This document shows positions 11,101 through 21,404 of a stretch of DNA of 64,000 nucleotides, piece by piece. The notes below the pieces were generated by a model. The model was not told the DNA's origin and ran no database searches. It saw nothing but the letters and a program-made list of their open reading frames with translations. How positions within the stretch are numbered: the stretch's first letter is position 1; each line of letters opens with the position of its first letter. Made by a program: the position numbers and the translations under genes. The stretch covers positions 1-64,000 of the forward strand of contig JAQGDQ010000771.1 of NCBI GenBank assembly GCA_030141605.1. Direction: 5' to 3'. Source of the stretch: Tubiluchus corallicola (taxonomy: Eukaryota; Animalia; Priapulida).

Positions 11101-14100
11101 AGGAGATACTCCATTCCGCACAGACTGAGCGTAGTAAATCTCAAACTGAACGATCGACGTTAGTTAACCGGTATGAATTATCAGATTTTAGTTATTGAGT
11201 CGTTGATTCAAATTACTACCAAACTAACCCTCTTCATTCCATCTTTAGACAGAATGGAGATGAGGAAGCTGCAAAACAGTGGTGTTAGCTTAATCAAGTT
11301 ATTTTAATTTTACATACTATTAACAAATAATAGTCTTTCTATCTTTTATATCATTCCATATATGAGCTTCATTCATTACATCATTCCATTTTAAGCACTA
11401 AATGTTTTTTTTAATCACGATTCACTTTAAATTTTCAGATTATTTCCAATACTTTTTTTTCTATCATTGTGTGGGACAATCTAACAAGCCCTGCTTTTTG
11501 ATTGCCCGCAACACATTTACCTTCGTATATAAGTGAACAGTGTTTGAGGCTTTTCCTGTGCAGTATTTCTTATTTGTATATCCATTGTAGGCCCTTTCAC
11601 TAGATATTGTACATGAAACTATTGTAAATGTGTAATGTGTAATAAATGACTTATGACTAATGACTACACTTTTTTGCATTAAAGTCTCGAAGATAAGCAA
11701 ACATTCCCCAATTTTTTAGTCTTTAGTTTGTTTCCAGAATGTCATGAATAATACATTGTTACTTACAACGTATTATTGCGTACATTACAATACAAGCTCT
11801 TACTTCTTCTTCTTCTTCTTCCCAGCTTTTCCCTATTCGGGGTCGCCGTTGTGAATGAGTCTTCTCCACGCATTCCTGTTGTTGACCATCGCTTCATTTA
11901 TGTCTTCCCTTCCCACAAGATCTTCCCCGACTCTTCTTTTCAGGTGTCCATACCAGCGCAATCTTGCGAGCCTTCCACTACTTTTACTGTTCCTCTGATA
12001 TTAATCTTGTTATTCCCACCATTCATCTCAACATCCTCATCTCCACCACACCCATTTTCTTCTCTTCGGTCTTCTTTAGAGAAGCTGCTTCCAGCCCATA
12101 GATTAGAGCAGGTCTGACCACTTCTTTGTGAACTTCACCTTTAAGTCTCACCGACTCATTCATAGAAGGTTTTGGCGCAGTTTTTACAGGCGGATGCCCT
12201 TCCTGACTCTAACTCTCCCTATTTATCCGGGCTTGGGACCAGCACTGAGTTGGGCTGGCTTGCCCCCCCCCCTCCCCCCAGTGACTTGGTTACAATACAA
12301 GCTCTTACTACTGCAAACAAAACAGAAATTAAAGTTTCACCACGTGTTAAGATATCGGCTCAGGCCAGGAAGATGAACTTGCATTGGCCTGAGCAGAAAA
12401 GCAAAATGGAAAGAAAAGGTGCAGAAGATGCAGAATAAGATAAGCAAGGAGGTGATACAAAGGTGACAGTTAGATTAAAGAAATGACAATGAAATGATAA
12501 TGAAAAGGAAGATTAGATTCACATGAGAATGTAAAGAGAAATGAAGATTACAGACAAAGAAATTTGTAGGTTGTACGCTGTACATCACATGACCTTAACT
12601 GTTCATTGGTTGAAAACCAAAGCTTTAAGAGAAGTTTATCATCTCATTGAATAAATTTTTCATATTCTTTGCCATAAATGTGATCATGACAGTGGCTGAT
12701 CAAAACTACAAACTTATTGTATATATATATTTTAAGTTACATAATTTAATTTATTGAGGTAACGATTAACATTCACATATAATAATGGTAATGTATTTGT
12801 GTGTATTAATGCTTAACCCTATAAATAAATTGGATTATGTCACTTAAATTTCAGATATTGCATAACTGAGGTAGACTCAAGTTGAGTCAAAATATTCTGA
12901 GTCATTTAATGTGAATATTTTAGTTGATAAAATGCTGAATTTTAATTAACAACACTTAGTTAAAAATAAAATTAAGTATGTTCACAGTAAAGTGGAATAA
13001 CTGTGAAAAGCTTCGAACGATGATCAAAATTAGTACTTGTGCATATGCAGGGAAAAATTGTCGCTCGTTAGTCAAAGAGTAAGACTGTGATTGGTGAAAA
13101 TAGTCCCTTGCTAAACATGCTCCTCTCTTGCATTAAGTAATCAAGCTAACCATGCAGTAGCAGCCTGTAGTACAAATTACTGGGGGAAGGGGGCGCTGCA
13201 TCAGAAAATGTTTAGCCATTGTTTTACTTTTAATACCGTTTAAAACGAAACAAACACGTGTAATTTTAATACTGTAATTTGTAATTGTAATTTTAAACAA
13301 ACAAACATATGAAAATTTTTACATAAACTACTAAAAAAATATTGTTTGCTTACAAATTGCCTAGATTGTCGCAGTTCAAAAATATGCCACGAATTTTAAG
13401 CACCTGACAATTGACAACACACACTGCATGAGCGACAGCACTCTTTCTTCCGAAAGTGCGCATGTACGAACAAGTTCACACATGTACGCATAGCCGCATG
13501 CGCACAAGAACTAAACATCGCGTTGCTGGAGCGCACTGTGCAAACATACAAAAATTCATACATAAACTTGATAAAATCCTGAACAAAAAATTTTTTGCTT
13601 GGAATAGGTTTAAATTGTTGCAGTTCAAGATTATGCCGGTACACGAATTTTAAGCACGTGTCAACTGACAACAAACTGTGTGAGTGACAGTACTTTTTCT
13701 ACCTAGCAGCAGATGCTAGCAGTGCAGCATACAGTGTGTTATCTCAGATATGTGTGCATTCGCAGTGTGTTTAGCTGTAAAGCAAACAGTACTACCCTCA
13801 CGTGCTCTGGTTCCGAACAAGTGTAATGAAAGAACTAAAGAAAAAATACTTTATATACTGAATATTATCGATAAACTGAGTGAAAATAGGGGGCACTGCA
13901 GTTCCACAGTACCTATACACGAGCCACAACTGAGGTAACGTAAAATAACGTGAGAATAGAAGATCGATGCAACCATTACTACATAGTCATAAGAAGGTTT
14001 GAATTTCAAGACACTTTCTTCCATTTTCAGAATAAAGGAGTTGGAGTCAGCTTTTGAGCAGACAAATGAGAAACTGAAATGCACAAGTGAAAAACTCGTG

Positions 14101-17100
14101 CGCGTCGAACGTCAGGAAGAAAAGACTTTCGCTGAAAAAGAGGAGTACGCCTCTTCAGTGGAGCAGTTGCGAGAAATGCAGTGCAGGATGTTGAAGGTAA
14201 AGGGACACCGATGTTTTTAATATCTGCTTTTTAGTGTCAGGTGAAATGCCGTAATTAGAAATAATTGTATTAGCAGTAATGCTGTATAAAACTTGTAAAT
14301 TTAAACTCTTGCAATGACTCTTAGGCGCAGCCATTGTAATGGTAAGTCATTTTAAATAACATTGCATAAAGTTTGAAAAAAAACCACAGCATTCGTAACA
14401 CACTCTGCTAACTAAGCAAAAGTTTAAATTTGTCGATAATTTTTCCAAAAATTCTGTTAGCAAGATCAATTATGTGTTTTTTGGTGAATCAGTGGTGCAC
14501 ACTAGGATGGCAGTACAATATTATTTATACCAATTGGCAAGAACATTTTAAATTATCAAAAAAAATCCAATTTTGTAAGTCTTTAAACAGGCAAGCACAA
14601 TGCCAAGTAATATAACTACATGTAAAGTTTTTTGCAATATATTTGAAAATTCCCTTTTCTTCCCATTTGGCCGTTTCACCGTTACTCTGTGTATATAGAT
14701 GGCAGAGTAATCACTGTACTGAGTTGCTTTCAATAGCGCGAGTTCAACATTCTTTGAATTAGAGATTTTATTTAATTTTGCACTTTCGGACGTGAGGCAT
14801 GTGATACTTGTTTATCACAAACATTGTGCTGCTTGTGCACAATGACTGTCAGCAATTGTAGTAAACTAGTTATAGTATATAGGTACTGATGTGTTCATTG
14901 CATTATTTCTTGTTTTTTTAACGAGCTTATGTACGGCAAGAGATGTCACTCATGTGGGGTAAGCATTTTGGCACTAGCTTTTTACAAAATGTAAACATAC
15001 ACAAAAAGTTTATCTGTTGTCCCTATGTTGCAAGAATTCCTTTAGTTTGCATTTATTGTCGTGTGGCTGGACAAATTTAATGGCTAGGGATAGGGTTAGA
15101 GTTTTCTCTCTGATAGCTTACTCGAAGTATGAACTGCTTTGCGAGTTACTGTCGGCAAGAAATTGCAAATTCTCCGATAGTTGTTGGGGGTTGATTTACT
15201 GTCTAGTGTGAACATCTCAGCGAGTTACTCTCGACACTTTTTGCAATGAGTAGAGAAATGAGTGTCAGCTCGTGCTTACTGTCGTAGAGTAACTAGTCTG
15301 AACATGTTTCTGAGTTACTCTCGACATTTCTCGCAATGAATAGAGAAATGAGTGTCAGCTCGTGCTTACTGTTAGAGATCACGGCAAGTTTTGATCTCTA
15401 GTCTGCCGTAACAATGCTTAAGAAGTAGCGGCATTATAAAGAAGAGTGCTTCACGCAGTAGAAAATCTAAAGCAGTAGTCTTGGGTCTAGAAATAGCTGC
15501 ATGTACAATGTATTTACAATGTTTTTATGTACTTACAATGTATTTACAATGTTTTTATGTATCGATGCAGGAGTTAAATGAGGTGAAAGCTGAAAGGGAC
15601 AACCTGTCGATAGAGCATGCCAAGTTAGTCGGGCATCAAAACCAGAAGCAGAAAATTCAATATCATTTTGCGTTAAAAAAGGAAAACAATAAACTGCGAG
15701 AGGTCAGTAAAAATGTCGCCTGATATCAAAGTACAGGATTTAATTGTACTCTTGCAGGACAAGTTTTTCGTTGACTTCAAAAAAAAACTGAATCAGAACA
15801 CTAATGTGCAGTTGTTGTTTTTGGAATACATTATTTGTCTTTCTAAGTCAGTTTGCCATGTTGCTGGTTATTGAGAATGGACTTGCATGCTCTAGTGTGA
15901 GCTCGTGTATGTTATGCTACATCATGTGTGCTTGAGAATGCGCCTGCATGCTCTAATGTTAGTTCATGTATGTTGTGCAGCATCACGAGTGCTTGAGAAT
16001 GCGCCTGCTTGCCCTAGTGCGAGTTTGTGCATGTTATGCTACATCATGTGTGCTTTAGAATGCGCCTGCATGCTCTAGTGTGAGTTCGTGCATGTTATGC
16101 TGCATCATGTGTGCTTGAGAATGCGCCTGCTTGCTCTAGTGTGAGTTCGTGCATGTTATGCTGCATCATGTGTGCTTGAGAATTGGCCTGCTTGCTCTAG
16201 TGTAAGTTCGTGCATGTTATGCTGCATCATGTGTGCTTGAGAATGCGCCTGCATGCTCTAGTGTGAGTTTGTGCATGTTATGCTACATCATGTGTGCTTG
16301 AGAATGTGCCTGCATGCTCTAGTGTGAGTTCGTGCATGTTATGCTACATCATGTGTGCTTGAGAATGCGCCTGCATGCTCTAATGTTAGTTCATGTATGT
16401 TGTGCAGCATCACGAGTGCTTGAGAATGGGCCTGCATGCTCTAGTGTGATTTCATGTATGTTGTGCTGCATCATGTGTGCTTGAGAATGGGCCTGCATGC
16501 TCTAGTGTGATTTCATGTATGTTGTGCTGCATCATGTGTGCTTGAGAATGCGCCTGAATGCTCTAGTGCGAGTTTGTGCATGTTATGCTGCATCATGTGT
16601 GCTTGAGAATTGGCCTGCTTGCTCTAGTGTAAGTTCGTGCATGTTATGCTGCATCATGTGTGCTTGAGAATGCGCCTGCATGCTCTAGTGTGAGTTTGTG
16701 CATGTTATGCTACATCATGTGTGCTTGAGAATGTGCCTGCATGCTCTAGTGTGAGTTTGTGCATGTTATGCTACATCATGTGTGCTTGAGAATGCGCCTG
16801 CATGCTCTAATGTTAGTTCATGTATGTTGTGCAGCATCACGAGTGCTTGAGAATGGGCCTGCATGCTCTAGTGTGATTTCATGTATGTTGTGCTGCATCA
16901 TGTGTGCTTGAGAATGGGCCTGCATGCTCTAGTGTGATTTCATGTATGTTGTGCTGCATCATGTGTGCTTGAGAATGCGCCTGAATGCTCTAGTGCGAGT
17001 TTGTGCATGTTATGCTGCATCATGTGTGCTTGAGAATTGGCCTGCTTGCTCTAGTGTAAGTTCGTGCATGTTATGCTGCATCATGTGTGCTTGAGAATGC

Positions 17101-17944
17101 GCCTGCATGCTCTAGTGTAATTTCATGCATGTTGTGCTGCATCATATGTGCTTGACTTAATGATCTGGTGCTGCAGCTGGAGTTTAAATGTTCTAATTCA
17201 GATACCTGATGATTCACCTTGAGTGGGGTGGGTGTCCAAAAATTCTTACGCTTTTCCACCCGCTTAGAAAAAATTTGAGAAAGTTTCCATGAATACAACA
17301 AATTTAAATACAGACCCACACAGTATGGCTAGGTCTCCGTCTACAAAATTTTGTGCAGATGTATACTTGTATAACTGGCTACTACAGGTGAGCATTTTCT
17401 ACCAGAATTCGAATTTAGCCGAATTCAAACTTGAATTAACGTATTTCAAGATTTGAAACCAGAAATGATTTCCGTTTTAAAGATTTTCGAATCATTAATA
17501 AAAAGCGATTTTACAGATAATACGTGCTACTCGATTTTCTTCTGCAGTAGAAACACCAATAATCTGTTTAAAAAATTTGCACGGAAATTGCGGCTAAACT
17601 GTGTTGATACTGATGATGTCTCAAATGTTCTAATGATAAAGAATATATGTAGCCGAAGTGCTGAATTTTTTAATCGAATTCAAACTGAAAAAAACTCGAA
17701 CGTTCCATGTTCGTGCCTACTGGCTACAGATAACATTTTCTTACACAGAAAGTTGACACACAGCATAGTACTGTCACTTATATTATACAAATAAAAGCGT
17801 TTGATTTTCTAGGAATTGGTTCAAGCTCACAAGAAAATTCGCGTCCTCGACGATCAGATAAACAACGTTTCACAGAAGGACGGAAGCAAACGCCAATCCC
17901 GGGGAAACATCGAGGGAAAGGAAAATTTGTCACCGACTAGTTGA
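1479..17944 (+). CDS. KIF15: 3' portion of a multi-exon coiled-coil gene, kinesin-12/KIF15-like (HMMR/RHAMM is the alternative); 5' part lies upstream of the window
   Basis: Exons 1479-1649, 4542-4769, 5371-5496, 6034-6182, 7744-7834, 10357-10457, 11045-11170, 14031-14196, 15571-15702 and 17813-17944 join in one frame (1422 nt, 473 aa + stop). Product is E/K/Q/L-rich coiled coil. C-terminal LSIEHAKLVGHQNQKQKIQYHFALKKENNKLRE matches the KIF15/HMMR tail; LVGHQN..QKIQY...LKKEN is closer to KIF15, and the HMMR FDPSKAF motif is absent. No motor domain is visible in the window. Confidence 0.7.
1692..4051. repeat. Intronic minisatellite, 51-bp unit with a 39-bp deletion variant (~48 units)
   Basis: Unit gataaatatgatgtgcctcaaggatcaatattgttgccgctcttgttttta; explains the 788-aa repeat ORF. 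Confidence 0.97.
4542..4769 (+). CDS. KIF15: KIF15-like internal exon (EDLNGVF...QRDAE)
   Basis: ttgcag acceptor, gtaaga donor, phase 0/0, coiled coil. Confidence 0.85.
4912..5222 (+). mobile_element. tRNA-derived SINE with Meta-like central domain and (TTG)n tail
   Basis: B box GAGTTCGAACC at ~4957, then CCGGGTCATACCAAAGAGTTTAAAAACGGTACTTGCTG, which resembles the MetaSINE core as I recall it; simple-repeat tail 5143-5222. Confidence 0.7.
5371..5496 (+). CDS. KIF15: KIF15-like internal exon (RAMAEED...AMKKQ)
   Basis: tttcag acceptor, gtaagt donor, phase 0/0. Confidence 0.85.
6034..6182 (+). CDS. KIF15: KIF15-like internal exon (FASTESE...DQIE), followed by the U12 AT-AC intron
   Basis: tttcgtttag acceptor; ends at AC|ATATCCTTT, phase 2. 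Confidence 0.85.
6183..7743 (+). other. U12-type (minor spliceosome) AT-AC intron
   Basis: 5' site ATATCCTTT; branch site CCTTAAC at 7724-7730; 3' terminal AC at 7742-7743; splicing restores the frame (AC+T = Thr). Confidence 0.92.
7744..7834 (+). CDS. KIF15: KIF15-like internal exon (LQNQQDTLL...STLK)
   Basis: U12 AC acceptor, gtgagt donor, phase 2/0. Confidence 0.85.
8177..10173. mobile_element. TIR element (MITE) expanded by an internal minisatellite
   Basis: TIRs TTCAGACTAGCGAGTTTTCT (8177-8196) / AGAAAACTGGCTAGTCTCAA (10154-10173), 18/20 match; relatives at 10659 and 15099. Confidence 0.7.
8269..10104. repeat. 38-bp minisatellite
   Basis: Unit gcaaactctcagacagttgctgcgagttctctcctacg with shorter variants; explains the ORFs in all three + frames. 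Confidence 0.97.
10357..10457 (+). CDS. KIF15: KIF15-like internal exon (DSIEDEEK...LYLE)
   Basis: long pyrimidine tract + cag, gtaagt donor, phase 0/2. Confidence 0.85.
10659..10995. mobile_element. MITE of the same family as 8177-10173, without the array
   Basis: GCGTTCAGACTAG...CTAGTCTGAATGC termini; shared internal tttgcgagttact motif. Confidence 0.65.
11045..11170 (+). CDS. KIF15: KIF15-like internal exon (RQHHKDDV...TLVNR)
   Basis: ttgtag acceptor, gtatga donor, phase 2/2, open frame; too short for the ORF track. Confidence 0.75.
11805..12289 (-). mobile_element. Internally deleted non-autonomous RTE-clade retroposon
   Basis: 20-bp TSD TTACAATACAAGCTCTTACT (11785-11804, 12290-12309); (GAA)n tail; remnant VRLKGEVHKEVVRPALIYGLEA...EMRMLR*MVG; 5' motif CCCAAGCCCGGATAAA...GGAAGGGCATCC. 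Confidence 0.85.
14031..14196 (+). CDS. KIF15: KIF15-like internal exon (IKELESAF...RMLK)
   Basis: ccattttcag acceptor, gtaaag donor, phase 2/0. Confidence 0.85.
15099..15406. mobile_element. Truncated third copy of the CAGACTAG MITE family
   Basis: gagttttctctctga...tttgcgagttactgtcggcaag...ctctagtctg aligns by eye to the 8177 and 10659 copies. Confidence 0.6.
15571..15702 (+). CDS. KIF15: KIF15-like exon carrying the GHQN..QKIQY tail motif
   Basis: atgcag acceptor, gtcagt donor, ELNEVKAERDNLSIEHAKLVGHQNQKQKIQYHFALKKENNKLRE. Confidence 0.9.
15870..17155. repeat. 61-bp minisatellite with a 427-bp higher-order repeat
   Basis: Unit gagaatgcgcctgcatgctctagtgtgagttcgtgcatgttatgctgcatcatgtgtgctt; variant aattggcctgctt recurs at 16181, 16608 and 17035. 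Confidence 0.95.
17383..17719. mobile_element. Old hAT-like MITE
   Basis: 8-bp flanking direct repeat CTGGCTAC (17375-17382, 17720-17727); degenerate TIRs; subterminal GAATTC(G/A)AA repeats. Confidence 0.45.
17813..17944 (+). CDS. KIF15: KIF15-like last coding exon (ELVQAHKK...GKENLSPTS*)
   Basis: ttttctag acceptor, in frame, TGA at 17942-17944. Confidence 0.8.
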   Translation, partial: ELVQAHKKIRVLDDQINNVSQKDGSKRQSRGNIEGKENLSPTS

Positions 17945-20265
17945 CTCTTCGGCATCGCCGGTAAGTTACGTAGCTCCGTTGTACACGAGTACGCCATACA
18001 TGTTAGGTATAGAAAGTAATTTGTATATGAACAGCCTTTTGTGAAAATGCATGAATTATGTTATTGTATTACAGACTGAGATTTTTCTCCTTGTACGTAT
18101 CTGATAATACGTCATGCAGAATCTGTGACATGTATTATAGTGAGAGTAATATTTGATCCATTGCTGTCAAAAATATTGCATGGGAAGACTCAATGAGAAG
18201 ACTTTACCTGCCAATTTATTTTTTTGCAATGTGTAATTTTAAAATCGTTTGGTCAAAAGGCCTGTTAAATAGTAGCAACTAGAACCTTCTCTGTCAATGT
18301 GTTGCTAGAATTAAAAACTAGCTGGATCTGTAGATTTAAATAGATCTAGTATCTTTGTCACCCCAAATGATTGTAAACCGAATTTTAGCATCATCATTAT
18401 TAAGTCTTTATAGTTTAAAATAAAACTACGTGGTGTATATTTTTGTGTATGGAACAAACGTATTCCGAATTTGGTATAATCGTATGTATAAATTTGCGAA
18501 TATCGTAACAGAGAGTTAGCGTAAAAAAGAAACCATATTCTCGAAATGCCATTGCTGCAATCTTGATATTTCAAAACGAAACAAATATATTTGACAAGCA
18601 AGAATTTAGTGTTGTGTCTGAAAATTGTTTTGTCTTTCCGGTTGTTCTGACTGGTTCTTCCATTTCTTGCACGGGTTAGTTAGTCCATACGTGTAATATC
18701 ACACTACGGCTTTCTAAGAAATAATGTTAAACTGTCTATGAATTTTTTAAAATAATTCTCCAGTGTTATTTCTGTTATTACCTTTAGGCATGTCAATATG
18801 TGTTTGTGAAGAATATTGATATATATATATAAAAAAGATTTAGTTTGTCTTTAGCATTATGTTTGTGCAGTAATGTATATTATACTTACATTTATACATG
18901 TACAATATAAATTTACAAAATCTGATTGAAAAAAATTGTCACAGATATATATAAAAACTCATCTCCAAGCAAATACGTGTACTCAATGAAAGGGGAATAT
19001 TTGAGTGGTCGAGTCACTGCATGAACTTCACACGGTTGTTCACCTCCGGAGGAAGGTATGTAAACATGCAGCAAAACATGGCTTGATACTCATATGCCAG
19101 CTCAGTTATCTTAACCGGATATCCTTGACAATGTGCAAAGTTCCAGTACCGCCACACAAGAGATCTTGCCAGCCTGCAGAGTGCTGAACTCTTTATAAAA
19201 AGAATGAATAAGAAGCACTAATGAAATATGTACATATTCTTGCAGGTTAGACACAAACAGTGATGAGGAAAAAAGTAAAAAAAATTTACAATTATTTGCC
19301 ATTAAATTTAGAAGTTTGCATGATTGCCTTAACGTTCAGCTAACGTAGCTAAAGTGCCAGGAAGCATACGTGGCATCATTAAGTTCATATTGTCCGAGTC
19401 TTAAGTAATAAAAATTTACAAAATCCACGCCACTACAAAATACAACTTTTTCAAAACTTGCATATGAAGCGAAAAATGTCTGTATGTACAGTACTAACAA
19501 CAAATTTATAAATATACACATGGCAGCTATTATAAATAGGCCGAGAAGATGAATGCACATGCATTGTCACTGTGATGTCATCACAATAATAATAATAACA
19601 ACACGTAAACACGTCAGACGGTTACTATTATCACACTACATTCACACACAAGCATTGGATCCCAAAAATAACACTTAACTCTTTCTTTCCTAACTATTTT
19701 ATTAGTTTATTAACAACATAGTAACTATCCTTCAGCTTATTAATTGCATCTAATTCATAAATTAACTTATGATCTTACGTCATGTCTCCGCACAAACATG
19801 CTGACTTAGCTTGAAAGAAGTTGAGCCACAATTTAAAAATGCTACGGCCATCTTTATGACACTCACAATAATTATATCAAGACCGTTTTTAAGACTGCAT
19901 ACAGCTGAATTAAAGCCAACATGGAGATTTTTCTATTGAACTTTGTATTCAGTAGAACAGTAAAATTCTACACCAGACGGACAAGTGAATTATTAAGGAA
20001 CTGCTCTGAAGTAATGAATTTATACCACTGACCATAGTCTGAATCACGGTGTATTGAACGGAAAGTGACGAAAGTCGCATATTGTTATGCATTTCGTTTT
20101 TGCAATGGGCCACGGTATAAAATTTAGTTCAAAACTCCTCAACCATTGGATGCCGATGCAAACGTTTATGGTCAAATTACTCAGAAATGTATTTTGAGTT
20201 GCCTATAATTTAGGATTAAAGACATCTCATTGTACTTTTTCTTCTGTTTCTATTGCTCGATCGTC

Positions 20266-20533
20266 AAGGCAACACTAACTCTTGACTGTAAAGGCAGCAC
20301 TAACTTTCAACCGTAAAGGCAACACTAACTCTTGGCCGTAAAGGCAGCACTAACTCTTGACCGTAAAGGTAACACTAACTCTTGACCGTAAAGGCAACAC
20401 TAACTCTTGACTGTAAAGGCAACACTAACTCTCGACCGTAAAGGCAACACTAACTCTTGACTGTAAAGGCAACACTAACTTTTGACCATGAAGGCAACAC
20501 TAACTCTTGACTGTAAAGGCAAAACTAACTGTG
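20266..20533. repeat. 25-bp minisatellite (~10.5 copies), probably in the Vangl 3' UTR
   Basis: Unit aaggcaacactaactcttgactgta. Confidence 0.95.
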
Positions 20534-21102
20534 GAGTGAGAGTTTCATTACTTTCTGTTGTTTTTATACTTTGGTCCGGACTCTGGAATAACTGCTCACT
20601 AGAAAAACAAAAAGAAGGAAGGATTAGGAATCACACAGCTATGCACTTACGGGAAAGGGAAGGAATGCAAAAGTGTAAATCAGATGGTGCAAATGCAACA
20701 GTTTTGTAGGGAAAAACTAATGCAAATAACCACTTAAAAGGATAAAATGAAATCACCATCACATGGTTCATCAATACTCAGGCAGGACATCGTATTAAAT
20801 TATCGTTGGAAGACAGAAAAACATTATTCAAAGGCTGCCATAAAAAATGTCGCAAAAAGCTTTGTTTTCCATCAATTAAAACCTGGGGGTTCAAAGCCAA
20901 ATCTTAATCAAGTGTCTCCAATCACCTCTAACATGATTTGATTTTCAAAACCAAGCCCACAGAATTTCATTATCTTACTCAAATACAAAGATATGTCAGC
21001 AATTTGTGATACAAATCAACACTTATGCTGTGCAACACAAACAACACAACGCTTGACATAATTTATAATTTACATCGAATGAATTTTAGGAAGCCCAAGC
21101 AA

Positions 21103-21404
21103 TTACACCGACGTTTCAGAGTTCAGTCTCAAAACGAAACGGTTATTTTTCGGATCGATCACCTCCTCGGTGACATTAAAATGGGGAATCCTTCGCACGT
21201 TTATCAGGAGAGAAACCTCGCCGTTTTTCAGCTGAAACACCATTGCATCTTCTATTGCACGACTCGGCGCTAAGTCGCTGACTAATGCCCATGTTTGAAT
21301 TGCGTTGTAATCGCGATTGTTAAAAATTCCCGGTACGGGCTGCAGGTAGCGCTCCAGGAAAGATTTTGGTGACATATCGTGGCTTATGCAAACAGCCAAA
21401 TGTT
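21103..21404 (-). CDS. Vangl: Vangl last coding exon
   Basis: [20 protein letters not shown]...[12 protein letters not shown]. Confidence 0.97.
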
